A DNA stretch of 64,000 nucleotides, from assembly GCA_963771885.1 (NCBI GenBank), contig CAVYVF010000023.1:576001-640000 (forward strand), read 5' to 3'. Within the stretch, counting starts at the first letter, position 1; every line of letters starts with the position of its first letter. Shown here one piece after another: positions 30,122-40,989 of this stretch. Source of the stretch: Candidatus Bathyarchaeota archaeon. GTDB lineage: Archaea > Thermoproteota > Bathyarchaeia > TCS64. The notes under the pieces are model-generated. The model saw only the letters and a list, made by a program, of their open reading frames with translations. It ran no database searches and had not been told where the DNA came from. Position numbers and translations under genes: made by a program.

Positions 30122-31077
30122 GCGGCTGGTTGAAGCGCGTCCACCAGATGCGCCTCCGAGCCGGGATGACCGTCGGCGAGCTAACTGACGAGATGCGAAA
30201 GACCGGCGTCATGCAGGCGGGCAGAGTCGGCAAAGCGACAGAAATCGTCGCCGAAATGTTCTCCGACCCCGAATACACGACTTGGATTACCCTCTCTGGC
30301 CCACTCTGTCACGGCGGGCTGCGCGTTGTATTTTCTGATCTAATCAAGAACGGCTACGTGGACGCCGTCGTGACAAACGGCGCGAACATGGTCGGCGACC
30401 TCATCGAGGCTATAGGCGCTCATCACTACATTGGGAAGGTCGACGCGGACGACGAGGAGCTTTACGAGAAGGGCATCAACCGCGCCTACGATATCTACTT
30501 CGAGGGCAAGGTCTTCGAGGACCTCGAGAAACACGTCTACAAGCTTCTTGACGACATCCCCGAGAAGACTCGTGACGGTATCGCCATCAACGAGATGTTG
30601 AAGGAAATAGGTCTCAGGCTCAATGACGAGGATTCGATACTCTACAACGCGGCGAAGAGGGACGTCCCAATCTTCAGCCCCGGGTTCCTTGACTGCATGC
30701 TCGGTATACCCCTCTACATGTACTCTAAGCAGAGAAAGCTCGTGATCAATCCCCTGAAGGACTTTGACAGATTCATGGACATGGTTTACGAGGCGAAGAA
30801 GGCAGGGGCAATTATACTCGGCGGCGGGACGCCGAAGCACCACACACAGTACATGCACACTCTCAGGGAGGGCCTCGACGCGGCGATCCAGATAGGCTCC
30901 GCACGGGTCGAGGACGGGAGCCTGAGCGGCGCGCCGTTGAAGGAGTCAATAAGCTGGGGTAAGCTCAAGGGTGAGAGGATGGACATGACCGCCACGATAT
31001 TCGGGGAGGTCACGAGTATACTGCCCATAATCATCGCAGGTGCCCTCGAGAAGGTCGAGGGCAAGAAGAAAACGTAG
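30118..31077 (+). CDS. Deoxyhypusine synthase
   Basis: GGGTPKHH, DGSLSGA..ESISWGK; overlaps aIF5A stop. Confidence 0.94.
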   Translation: MSGWLKRVHQMRLRAGMTVGELTDEMRKTGVMQAGRVGKATEIVAEMFSDPEYTTWITLSGPLCHGGLRVVFSDLIKNGYVDAVVTNGANMVGDLIEAIGAHHYIGKVDADDEELYEKGINRAYDIYFEGKVFEDLEKHVYKLLDDIPEKTRDGIAINEMLKEIGLRLNDEDSILYNAAKRDVPIFSPGFLDCMLGIPLYMYSKQRKLVINPLKDFDRFMDMVYEAKKAGAIILGGGTPKHHTQYMHTLREGLDAAIQIGSARVEDGSLSGAPLKESISWGKLKGERMDMTATIFGEVTSILPIIIAGALEKVEGKKKT

Positions 31078-31079
31078 GA

Positions 31080-32214
31080 TTAGTACGCCTTACGAGCTAG
31101 TTCTGCGCCTTTGACAAGGTTGTCAAGCTTCTTGTAGGTGACCTCCCAAGTCCGGGTTCTAAGTCCGCAGTCAGGCGCCACGAAGACTCTCTCGGCGCCA
31201 GCGATGTCGGCGACGCAGAGTATGCGGTCCCTGATGACCTCTGGTGTGGCGATCTCGTCGGTGTGGACGTGTATGAAGCCGGGGGCATAGGCACCCTCGT
31301 AGCCGTGGTCCTCAAAGCTCCTGATGAGGTCGTAGGCGGGGCGCCTTCTTCCGGGTGCCTTCGTGTCCCTATTGGCGAACTCTAGGCTTAGCTGGTGGCA
31401 CCCCTTGAGGTCGGGGGCGTAGCGTGCAAGGAGCCCATAGTCGCTGTAGCAGTTGTGTAGGCTGAATCGGCAGGGGAGCCCAGCGACGAGCCTGTTCCAC
31501 GCCTCGACGAAGAGGCTCATCTCCTCCGCGGTGGGCTGGGTGGTGAGGGCGGGCTCATCTATCTGTATCCACTTCGTTCCTGCGGCGATGAGCTTCTCGA
31601 ACTCGGGGCGTAGAACGTTGTCGACGATGTCGAGCATCAGCTCTCTTCGTGCGCGGTTCTTCCTCTCTTTTAGGCTCTTGACTTTGCCTAGCTTGCGCCA
31701 GTAGTGCTCGTTGAAGCTCCAGTCCGTCATAGTGTATGGACCGGTTATTGGGACCTTGAGCTGCGCCTCTGTATGGGGCTTGATGTACTCGTACTCGTTG
31801 ATGTAGAAGGGGTCGCGATACTTGATCTCGCCCACGACCGCTGCCTTCCGGTAGTAGCGATAGTCGAAGCTCTTTATCCACCCCGTGAACTCGAAACCCT
31901 CAACGTTCTTGGCGACGTGAGCGTACATCTCCTCACGCCACTGCTCGCCTGTGTAGACATAGTCTAGACCGAGCTTCTCAAACATCTTGACAGCATATAG
32001 TGCGCTCCAGTTGACGACTTGCTGGCGCTTTTCTGGGGAGTCGCCCTTGAGCAGCTTGATCAGTGGATTGTAGTCGATGTCCGAGCCTCTTCCCCCACAT
32101 CTCCGCCTCGGAGATGTCCGCCTCAGTTATCTTCGCGCCGCTGTAGCCCTTGAGCCTCCATGCGTGCTTGGCCAGGCTGCCTATCTCATAGGTCTCGAAG
32201 AGCTTCGCCATCAA
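31080..32214 (-). CDS. Cobalamin-independent methionine synthase, catalytic half (frameshift near 31985-32085)
   Basis: YEIGSLAK, GEQWR.EM, KVPITGPYT, IQIDEPA, Zn ligands HNC / E / PDCGLRT. Confidence 0.88.
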
Positions 32215-33170
32215 GCGTCCCTCCTGAGGTTCTCCGCCACTTGAACTAGTAGACTAATCTTCTGCTCCGTCTTCTCCCATGTGAGGAAGTCGGCGTCGCA
32301 GTTCGTCGAGACGTAGACGTCTTTTTGCTTCAGGGTCTTTAATATCTGCCTAGCGGCTGCTGTGATCTCTCCCGCGTCCTCGATGGTCGAGTTCCTTGCA
32401 TCAACTATGCCGAGTGAAATTCCACCCCTCAGCTTGAGCCCCTTCAGAGTCTCTGGCGCAGTCTCGTAGAAGTCGAATCCGAGGTCAGAGACTGGGTAGG
32501 CGAGTGCCTCCGGGAGTATGTCTGCGGCGTCTCCGAAGAATGTCTGCAGGCAAGTTTTCGCATTTAACCCCGCCGTGGCGACCTCGAGCACCTTCCCGTA
32601 TGCCTTGAGTTCCTTCTTCAATGGCTTCGTAGTGACGTAGACGAGGGCGGGGTCACTGAGCTGGATGTAACCGTAGCCCTGTTTTTCGAGATGTTTCGCC
32701 TCCCTGTTGAGTGCCTCGGCGTAGGCGATCTGTAGCTTGATTTTGTCGCCGTAGTGTCGATCGTCGGCGAGTGAGGCGAAAGTGTAGGGTGCCGGGAGGA
32801 CCGCCTTCAGAGTCGCCCCCTTAGGCAGCAGTCTCCTATATCCAAGCCTCTCCGTCACAGATCCCTTGTAGGTGATCGGTTCCTCGATGATGGGGACTCT
32901 GTAGAATGTGTTGTTGTTGAACCACCGCGCCATGGGGCCGAGTGAGACGCCCCCCAGCCCCATGGTGAACGGGCGGAGAAGGTCCTGCCATTTGAGAAGC
33001 CCATCGGTGACATGGGTTAGCCCCGCCTGTCCCTCAATTAACTTCTTCGTGGCTTCGAAGTACGCTGCTTCCAGCTCCTCCTCCGCTAGCTTCGCCCTGT
33101 CGTAGGCTCGCGTCTTGGCGATGAGTTCCTGCGGTCTCGGCAGGTTCCCGGATACGCTTGCTCCAATCAT
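32211..33170 (-). CDS. MetE N-terminal-like subunit (split MetE)
   Basis: GNLPRP.EL, TDGLLKWQD, RWFNNNTFYRVP, GIVDARNS; lacks HxC Zn motif. Confidence 0.82.
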   Translation of the reverse strand: MIGASVSGNLPRPQELIAKTRAYDRAKLAEEELEAAYFEATKKLIEGQAGLTHVTDGLLKWQDLLRPFTMGLGGVSLGPMARWFNNNTFYRVPIIEEPITYKGSVTERLGYRRLLPKGATLKAVLPAPYTFASLADDRHYGDKIKLQIAYAEALNREAKHLEKQGYGYIQLSDPALVYVTTKPLKKELKAYGKVLEVATAGLNAKTCLQTFFGDAADILPEALAYPVSDLGFDFYETAPETLKGLKLRGGISLGIVDARNSTIEDAGEITAAARQILKTLKQKDVYVSTNCDADFLTWEKTEQKISLLVQVAENLRRDA

Positions 33171-34034
33171 GTTATTTCCTCCACTAGTCTATTCGTCGCC
33201 TCGTCGCTGCCTATCGGCATGAGGTGGAAGCCTATGCTGTAGGTTGAGAGGCTCGACTTTAAGTCGTCTACGACGCCTGCAAGTTGTTGGACGACGCCGC
33301 CGATGAAGTCGGGGCTATTCTCTAGTTTCTCGAGGGTTGTTTCCCTGATCTTTATGCCGGGCATCTGTGAGACGGCTCGCAGCCGCCGCGGCGTCGATGT
33401 GGGGGCAAGCCCTATCTGTACGTGGCGGTCTACCCTATCGCCACGCTCCTCGGCCTCGACGAAGAAGTCGAGGGCTTGCCCCGAGTCGTAGCTTATCTGG
33501 CTGATGAAGTAGTCGAACCCAGCGTCGACCTTCTTCCTGAGGGTGTCCTGCTCGTTGGGGCGGTCGAAGACGAGTGCACCCCCGATGGTGAATCGGGTGC
33601 TCCCCTTGATGGCTTGTTTCCCTCTCCCCACATGGGCGTTTCCGTCGTTGAGTCTTTTCACGACGCCGCAGAGCTCCATGCTGTTGACCTCCCAAACGGG
33701 TCTGAAGCCGTCCCGGTCTTGAGGCGCGTCCCCGGTTATTATGAAGAGGTTGTGGTGTCCCAGCATGTCCGCTCCTATGATCTCGGACTGAAGGGCGAGC
33801 AGGTTCCTGTCCCTGCAACTGAGGTTGGGTATGACGTCGACGTGCAGGCTGTCCTTCGCCAGTGAGCCGTAGGCTATGCTGCTTGCGCGTAGCGTCGCCA
33901 TGGGGTTGTCAGTGACGGTTACGGCGTCCAGCCTGTCGACTATCGGTGCGATGGCATCGAAGCCGTTCGTCTCGCATCCCCGCGGGGGGAGCAGCTCAAG
34001 GGTCAGAGGGTGGCGCTTCTCGAAGAGCGGCTAT
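33167..34034 (-). CDS. Methylenetetrahydrofolate reductase family protein (true start about 34034, start codon apparently broken by an indel)
   Basis: In-frame upstream extension TLELLPPRG...DAVTVTDNPMA; SCRDRN, ITGD, KKVDAG.DYFISQ. Confidence 0.85.
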
Positions 34035-34430
34035 CACCTTTTCTTGAGCTTGTCCGGCCCAATCCGCGTGTCGACGTATTCACCGAATATGGGCTGGCAC
34101 TCCTGGTCGACGAAGTCGCCGTCCCACCACTCGAAGGCGAAGCAGTCCTCCTCGGGTACCATAACGTGCGGTACTCCCGCCTCGACCCTGAAGACTCTCC
34201 CCTCGGACGAGGGGCATCTCAGTTATCGAGCCGTCGTCGTATCTGACGTACTTACCTTTGCCCGATAGGAGCAGGGTATACTGGTTGTATGGGTGCTTGT
34301 GGTTGCCCCTGTAGGCCCCCACCTTTGTCTCAAGGATGGAGTAGAATCGCCCATCCTTGTGGAATCCTTGCCCGGCACCGACTGGTGCGAAGGTGCCCCA
34401 TTCCTTTATTTCTATGAGTTTTGGTTTCCT
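34034..34430 (-). CDS. Cupin-domain protein (frameshift near 34195; start uncertain)
   Basis: RGNHKHPYNQYTLLLSGKG, then FRVEAGVPHVM...FEWWDG in the next frame. Confidence 0.7.
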
Positions 34431-34783
34431 CCGATGCGTAGGCGTAAGGAAGCTATTCCTATATATGAGTATTCTTGACTGATGATATTCCTAAAAGAAT
34501 TAGTTTGGTGCTTGTCTATTAGCAGAAGCTTAAGCAGCTACTCATCTGTCGCCCTCCACTGCCAACAAACCTAGAAAAAGGCCTTAAACACGAAAACAAG
34601 ACGATAATAGGGGAAACGCGATGGCGGCGGAGGAGGAAACGGGAAACATGACGCACGAGCCTTGCAGATGAGGGGCGCCCCTCTAGCGCCAGGGAACAGG
34701 TGCTGAAAATCCCTTGGCTACTTAAACCTACCCAAATAGTATCCCGCAAAGAATATATTACTACCTAGCTTTCCTATCCCTCT

Positions 34784-35338
34784 ATGCTGCCCGCACTCGA
34801 AATAATCCCCGAGAGGAGGCGCAAGCTCGGGCTGACACAGAGCCAGCTAGCTGAGCTCGCTGGCGTTAGCCAGAGCTACATCGCCAAGCTGGAAGCCGGA
34901 AACATCGAGCCAAGCTACGTCAAGGTCAAGGCGCTCTTTGAGGCGCTCGATCGGCTAGAGCAGGAGAAGCAGGTCTCGGCGGGGCAGATTATGAACCGCT
35001 CTGTCGTCGGCATACAGAAGGATATGCACATCTCCGACGCGATCGACTTGATGAGAAGGAACGGCTTCAGCCAGCTACCCGTCATGGATGGGGAGAGGAG
35101 CATCGGCAGTATAAGTGAGGGGACACTACTCGACCATATGCTCGCCTCGAAGAAGAACGAGAGCCAAGCGATGACCGTCTCCGAGATAATGGACGAGCCC
35201 TTCCCCCAGGTCGGTGAGGACGCCCCCGTCAGTCTGCTCACCAACCTACTCAAGTTCTACCCCGCCGTCCTCGTCCAGAGGAAGGGGACGATCGCCGGAA
35301 TAGTCACGAAGGCAGACCTGCTCGGGATCCTAGCCTAG
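34784..35338 (+). CDS. XRE-HTH + CBS-pair transcriptional regulator
   Basis: RRKLGLTQSQLAELAGVSQSYIAKLEAG, then FSQLPV and GIVTKADLL. Confidence 0.93.
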   Translation: MLPALEIIPERRRKLGLTQSQLAELAGVSQSYIAKLEAGNIEPSYVKVKALFEALDRLEQEKQVSAGQIMNRSVVGIQKDMHISDAIDLMRRNGFSQLPVMDGERSIGSISEGTLLDHMLASKKNESQAMTVSEIMDEPFPQVGEDAPVSLLTNLLKFYPAVLVQRKGTIAGIVTKADLLGILA

Positions 35339-35379
35339 GTGACAAACCTTTTAGAGTGACCCGGGCGTCTTCCTGAACC

Positions 35380-35995
35380 ATGAAGCTCAGCCGCAAGGCT
35401 ATTACTGTCCATACTCGCCGCAGTCGTCCTACTCACCTCGGGCGTCGTAGCCTGGACCCAATTCTTCCAGCCAAAGGAGGTCGTCGTCATCGAGACCACG
35501 ATGGGGACGATAGAGGTGGAGCTCGACCGCCAGCACGCCCCGGTTACCGTCGATAACTTCGTCCAGTACGTAAAGGACGGCTTCTACGACGGCACGATAT
35601 TCCATCGCGTCTACGCGGGCTTCGTCGTGCAGGCTGGAGGATACACTCCGGATGAGAGCGAGAAGACGACACGCGCCGCGATAAAACTGGAGACGAACGT
35701 CGGGCTCTCCAACACTGTGGGTACTATCGCGATGGCACGCCAGACCGCACCCGACTCCGCAACCAGCCAGTTCTACATAAATCTCGTAGACAACGCCTTA
35801 CTCGACTACAAATCCGCCTCGAGCCCCGGTTACGCAGTCTTCGGCAAAGTAGTCTCGGGCATGGATGTGGTGAACAACATCGCCAAGGTCCCAGTCGAGA
35901 CGCGTATGGTCAACATCCCCGGCTACGGAGAGTATCCCTTCGAGAAGTGGCCCGTCGAGGACATAGTCATAACTCGCGCCTACATGAAGCCGTAA
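35380..35995 (+). CDS. Cyclophilin-type PPIase with N-terminal membrane anchor (frameshift near 35398)
   Basis: APVTVDNF, FYDGTIFHRV, TIAMAR, SATSQFYIN, YAVFGKV; upstream LLLSILAAVVLLTSGVVAW. Confidence 0.92.
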
Positions 35996-36027
35996 TCTTC
36001 AAACGGCTCTCAACAGCTTATCAAGCC

Positions 36028-36513
36028 ATGGACGGCGAATCACCCTACACTAGCTGGATGTATAGGGGCAAGAGGCCACCGAGCGACTCCGCCTACTTCG
36101 AGAACATGAGTAGATGCGTCTTCCAATCCGGGCTCAACTGGGTGACTATCGCTGACCGTTGGCCCGCCTTCAGGAAAGCGTTCGACGACTTCGACATCAC
36201 ACGCGTCGCCGGTTACGGCGCCGATGATATTGCGCGCCTCATGGGGGACGCCAGTATAATCCGGAACAGGAACAAGATACTCGCCACAATCCACAACGCC
36301 CGAGAGTTCGAGAGGATCGTCAAGGAGAGCGGCGGCATCCCCGCATGGCTCGACGGCCTCGACAAGTCGAACAACTACCAGGGCGTCATCAAGAGGATAG
36401 CGTCACGCTTCAAGCACGTCGGCGCCACATCCATACCCCTCTGGCTCCACTCCGTTGGCGAGGACATAGACATCACAGACCTCGTCGAGAACCGGTTCAA
36501 GTGCCCCAAGTGA
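36028..36513 (+). CDS. DNA-3-methyladenine glycosylase I family
   Basis: FQSGLNW..I..R...FRKAF..FD, IIRNRNKI.ATIHNA, FKHVG. Confidence 0.88.
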   Translation: MDGESPYTSWMYRGKRPPSDSAYFENMSRCVFQSGLNWVTIADRWPAFRKAFDDFDITRVAGYGADDIARLMGDASIIRNRNKILATIHNAREFERIVKESGGIPAWLDGLDKSNNYQGVIKRIASRFKHVGATSIPLWLHSVGEDIDITDLVENRFKCPK

Positions 36514-36666
36514 CAGGGATAACAGGTATCATGGCTCCATAAACCCCTATAAGAGCGAATCCACAGGCAGAATTACGGGGGAGGTGGTGTCCCGACTAAT
36601 TGGCCAATTTTAAGCCTCGAGATACACACCCTGCCCATTTTTTATAAGTGACTTCAACGGATTGTC

Positions 36667-37902
36667 CTAAATGCTGAGGATCTCCTTCTTAGACCACAGG
36701 TAATCCTCCACCAACGCCTCGCCGAGGTTCCCCGGGTCGGTGAAGAAGACGCGCCCATTGTTGACCTGGGCAATCCTCTTCGCCATCTCGCGTAGCTCGG
36801 GGTCGTCATCAAGCATGACGACGTTGAGAAGTATGTCATGGAGGCGGTAGAGGCGTACCTCCTCGATGATGGCTTCCATAGCTCGCTTAAAGCCGACGAA
36901 CTCGCCGTCGAGGAAGTTAGGTGCGGAGTCTGTGATGAGGTGCGCCTGCTTGTTGCCGGGTTCCATCGCGACGGCGAGTCGGAAGGCGCGGAGGGGTCGC
37001 CGTATGTCGGTGAACTGCTGCGGGACAGCGACGCCAGGCAGTTCATAAGGCTCCACCCTCTTCGTCTCCTCGCTGAAGGCGTATACCCTGAGCCTGTCCT
37101 CGGGGAACTCCAGCCTCATGAGCTCGCTAAGCGCGAGCGCCGTCTCCACAGCCGCCTCCATCTTCCCCTTCTTCTTCATCGAGGCGCTCTGGTCGACGAG
37201 TACGCCGAAGTGTACCTCCGTGGCGTGGCGGCTCTCATGTATGCGGAAGTCGCTCATCTTCATCTCTTTGAAGCCGCCTCCGCGTTCGATCGCCGCCATG
37301 AGGCTGCGCTCTATGTTGATCCTGTCGTAGGGGTCGCCGGGCTCGTATGGGCGGTAGGTTGCGGCGAGCCATGGACCGTGCCCGATGTCCTCGATGCGAT
37401 GGGCACCCAGCCCCTTCCGGGCAAGGTTCGCAAGAATTTTGTTCAGGAAGCCCCTGCCGAGAAGCTGCGCGCCCTTACTCGTGAGAACGACGCCCTTGCC
37501 CCGCCCGTCGAGGAGCCCCCTCCTCTCCAGGTCACTCAACGCCTCGTCGAAGTCCTCCTCGCTTATAGTACCGGGGTCTGCGTCGAGCTCCTCTATCTGC
37601 TCACTCAGCCCATCCATCTCCCCCGTCGTCTCAATCTCGCTGAGGGCTTCCTCCTCGCTGCCTCCCTCGAGGAGCTTCTGGACGGCTTTCATCATCATCT
37701 GCGCCTTGAGATGCTCGAGCTGCTCCTTGAGCTCCTCCTTCTTCTGCTTGTTGGCCTTGAGGCGCTCCTCCGCCTTCTCCCTGACCCTCTCCATCATCTG
37801 GGAGTCCTGGTCTAGCCCCTTACCCATCTGCATTTTCGCGGCGTCCCGTAGAAGGTCCAGGGTGTTATCCACGATGTCGCTGCAGGGGTTTTGGGATTGC
37901 AC
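36667..37902 (-). CDS. vWA-domain protein (ChlD-like partner)
   Basis: RPYEPGD, LVDQSASM (MIDAS), LITDSAPN. Confidence 0.85.
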   Translation of the reverse strand: MQSQNPCSDIVDNTLDLLRDAAKMQMGKGLDQDSQMMERVREKAEERLKANKQKKEELKEQLEHLKAQMMMKAVQKLLEGGSEEEALSEIETTGEMDGLSEQIEELDADPGTISEEDFDEALSDLERRGLLDGRGKGVVLTSKGAQLLGRGFLNKILANLARKGLGAHRIEDIGHGPWLAATYRPYEPGDPYDRINIERSLMAAIERGGGFKEMKMSDFRIHESRHATEVHFGVLVDQSASMKKKGKMEAAVETALALSELMRLEFPEDRLRVYAFSEETKRVEPYELPGVAVPQQFTDIRRPLRAFRLAVAMEPGNKQAHLITDSAPNFLDGEFVGFKRAMEAIIEEVRLYRLHDILLNVVMLDDDPELREMAKRIAQVNNGRVFFTDPGNLGEALVEDYLWSKKEILSI

Positions 37903-37904
37903 GG

Positions 37905-39395
37905 TTACTCCATCCGCTTGGGGGCGTAGGCGTTCTCGATCTTGGCGTCTACGAGATTACCAGCGTGGAGGGCGTGGGCGATGAGTTCGAGTGCACTGCC
38001 CCTGTAGTCCCTTAGCGTCTCGGGGTCGACCGCCTCGGGGCTGTCCCTGATTAGGTCACCGAGACCGCTAACGAGGCTCGGGCTCTCCCAAGGCTGATTC
38101 TCCTCCATAAAGCGGACGACGCGGTATGCGCCTTCATGGTCCTGCAGGTTATCGAGGACATCGCCGCCCGAGAGGACGGCGTTTACCTCGCCGGCGAGCT
38201 GACGCGGGTCGACGTCAACTCCCTTCAACACTGCGACGCCCACGTCGCGAGCAGCGTACCAGAGGACGTCCTCGACAACCTCATCGTTTTTCACCATAAA
38301 GGCAGCGGGGCTGTCGTCGAATCCGACGAGGTCTGCCCTGAGTCTTATCCTGCCTCTTAGGGCGAGTTTGAGCCCGTCAGCCGCCTCGTGAAGCCCAGAG
38401 ACGCGCTTCCCGGACCGCTCGGTTGAGCTGATCGTGTGGTCGAGGCTCTTGATCGAGCCCCTGATGCTGCTACCCCTGTCGATGTTGGGGCAGTCGCGCG
38501 TATATCTGACCGTCTTCTCGACGGCGTCGACTATCCACCACGGCGCGGACGCCCTACGCTTGAGCTCCTCCGGCTTCGCGTATATGGGCTCCTCCTCACC
38601 CCTCCGTGTCCTGTCGAGGAAGAACTCCTCCCTGACCTTGAAGCCCTCCTTAAGCATGATCTCGCGCTCTATATCCTCCTCGGGGAGCGCCATCGGGATT
38701 AGTTCGAGGCGGTCGAGGAGCGGTTCGGGGACCCTGTTGACGTGGCTGAAGCCAGTGGGATTGCCTGTGGCGACAAAGAATATGTCGATGGGGCGCACCC
38801 AGTTGTACTCCTCGAGGACGACCTTGCCCTCCTGCAGCATGGGGTGGAATAGGACCTGTACCTTGGTGGGTATAGCGGGTAGCTCGTCTACGCAGACAAC
38901 GCCGCGGTTGCCCCTAAGTACACCTGTGCCGATGAAGGCGCGTGGATCTGTTGGACTCTCACCCTGTACGATGGCTTGTATGTCCTTTACGCCGAGTATC
39001 TTCGCCTCGTTTGTGTATTCGTTGCCCTGAATCCTGCTGTAGCGCTGGATGCCCGAGATGATCTCAATCTCCGGGTCCTCCTCGCCCTGGCAGCTCGGAC
39101 ACTTCCACTCCTCGGGCCACTTAGGGTCGCAGTTGTAGGGGCAGCCCTTGATCTTCGGCACGGGTGGGAGGAGCTTAGCGAGGCTCTCTGCGAGACGCGT
39201 CTTACCCGTACCCTCCCTACTTACTAGGTATGGATAGCCGTTGCTCAGCACGGCCCTTATCACGTCCGCCTTCGTCCCTTCCCTGCCTTCTATATCTGGG
39301 AGGGGGTCCTCGCCGTCGTGGAGCTTCTTGAGCATCATGTAACGTAGCTCATAGGCGACTGGCATTGGGGTGTACCGTTCGATATCGAAGTCCAA
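37905..39395 (-). CDS. AAA+ ATPase, Mg-chelatase ChlI/MoxR-like
   Basis: SREGTGKT Walker A, CPYNCDP, NRGVVCVDELP, ATGNP, PLLDR. Confidence 0.88.
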   Translation of the reverse strand: MDFDIERYTPMPVAYELRYMMLKKLHDGEDPLPDIEGREGTKADVIRAVLSNGYPYLVSREGTGKTRLAESLAKLLPPVPKIKGCPYNCDPKWPEEWKCPSCQGEEDPEIEIISGIQRYSRIQGNEYTNEAKILGVKDIQAIVQGESPTDPRAFIGTGVLRGNRGVVCVDELPAIPTKVQVLFHPMLQEGKVVLEEYNWVRPIDIFFVATGNPTGFSHVNRVPEPLLDRLELIPMALPEEDIEREIMLKEGFKVREEFFLDRTRRGEEEPIYAKPEELKRRASAPWWIVDAVEKTVRYTRDCPNIDRGSSIRGSIKSLDHTISSTERSGKRVSGLHEAADGLKLALRGRIRLRADLVGFDDSPAAFMVKNDEVVEDVLWYAARDVGVAVLKGVDVDPRQLAGEVNAVLSGGDVLDNLQDHEGAYRVVRFMEENQPWESPSLVSGLGDLIRDSPEAVDPETLRDYRGSALELIAHALHAGNLVDAKIENAYAPKRME

Positions 39396-39512
39396 GGCTG
39401 ATCCCCGTGTTCTGATACAGTCGAGTTGCCAGCCTTAAAAAGCATCCCGGCATTCCCAACTGGCGACTGTCAAGTCTTTTCAACTCACTTCGACGACTTC
39501 TACTCGATTGGC

Positions 39513-40951
39513 ATGGTGAAAACCTACGCGGAGATAGACCGGCGCATCATCGGTGAAGCCTACAGGAGCGTCGAGACACTGGAGAACGTGACGACGCTCT
39601 GTGACGACTATGACTCGCGGTGGCCTGGCTCCGGGGACGACAAGGCGTCATGCGAGTACATGGCTGGCAAACTGGAGGATTACGGGCTGGAGAGCGTTCA
39701 CCTCGAGAAATTTATGATACCTGGCTGGAAGAGGGGGCCAGCGAAGATAACCGTTCTCGAACCTCGGCGAAAGGAGATTCCGTGCATCGGACTCCCAATG
39801 ACCGCCGAGGGTACCATCGAGGCAGAGTTAGTCGACCTTGGCGAAGGCGCTGTCGACGTTTATGAAAAGAGGCGTAAGGAGATTGAGGGTAAGATCGTGC
39901 TCGTCAGCAGCGCCCAGCCACCGACTATGGCACGCTACCTGCATAGGAGTGAGAGGTACCAGCGCAGTGTCATGGCGGGCGCGGTGGGTTGGATCTTCAT
40001 GACACACTACCCCGCCTACGGGCCACCGACGGGCGGCATAAGTCCGATAATTCCCGGGGTCGGCGTCAGCTACGAGGACGGTGCATACCTCGCACGAGTT
40101 CTTCACCGCAAGGGGCGTGTCAAACTCCGTCTAGAGGTCGACTGCGAGAACTTACAGGTTGACACGTGGAATGTCGTCGCCGACCTCCCAGGTAAGGTTG
40201 AGGGAGAGAACGTCGTCTACGGCGCCCACTACGAGGGGCACGACATCGCTGTCGGAGCGCTCGACGACGCGACAGGGGCCGCTGTTGTCATGGAGACCGC
40301 CCGCATACTCGCCAATGAGAAGCAGATGAAGCGGGGGATGAGGTTCCTTCTCTTCGGCGCCGAGGAGATCGGCCTATACGGGAGTAAGGCGTACGTCCGC
40401 GATCACCCAGCGGACGTCGCTAACACCCGATTCATGATGAACTTCGACGCTGCTGCCCGTTATGGTAAGCAGGGATTCCAACTCCACGGCTGGCCTCAGC
40501 TAGAGCCGTTCTTCAGGGAGATCACTTCAGCGATCGGCCCCGACATCCCCCTCTGGCAGGGCGTCAGTCCCTACAGTGACCACTGGCCCTTCTTCCTAAA
40601 AGGCGTACCCACAGCTGGAATGGGTGACCCTGAGGAAAACAAACGATTAGGCGGACGGGGCTTCGGTCACACGAGCTACGACACCGTCGATAAGGTCAAC
40701 CTGCGTGCCATGCGTGAATGCGCTGCGAACGCGTCCATCGCTGCAATGAGGATATCAAACGCCGATGATTGGCCCGTCACCCTCCGACCCCAGTTGGAGG
40801 TCGAAGCCTTCGTCCAATCGCAGGGTTCAAGGACACTGTTGGACTCGGGGAAAAACTCAAGGCATACCTTAACAAGAAGCGCGAGTCCCTCAAACCCGAG
40901 ACACGTGACTACCTTGACCGCCTCACGGGCGGCTGGGACGAGGTAATCTAG
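39513..40951 (+). CDS. M28 aminopeptidase with PA domain (frameshift near 40826)
   Basis: GAHYEGHD..GALDDATG, FGAEEIGLYGS, SDHWPF, HTSYDT. Confidence 0.9.
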
Positions 40952-40989
40952 CTCGGGAATTTTTTCCCTTTTATGTAGCTTATCATTAA

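Noticed and set aside
36838..37815. Long antisense ORFs (also 24442-25278, 23166-23828, 41401-41970 and others)
   Set aside because: Shadow ORFs opposite well-supported genes in GC-rich DNA
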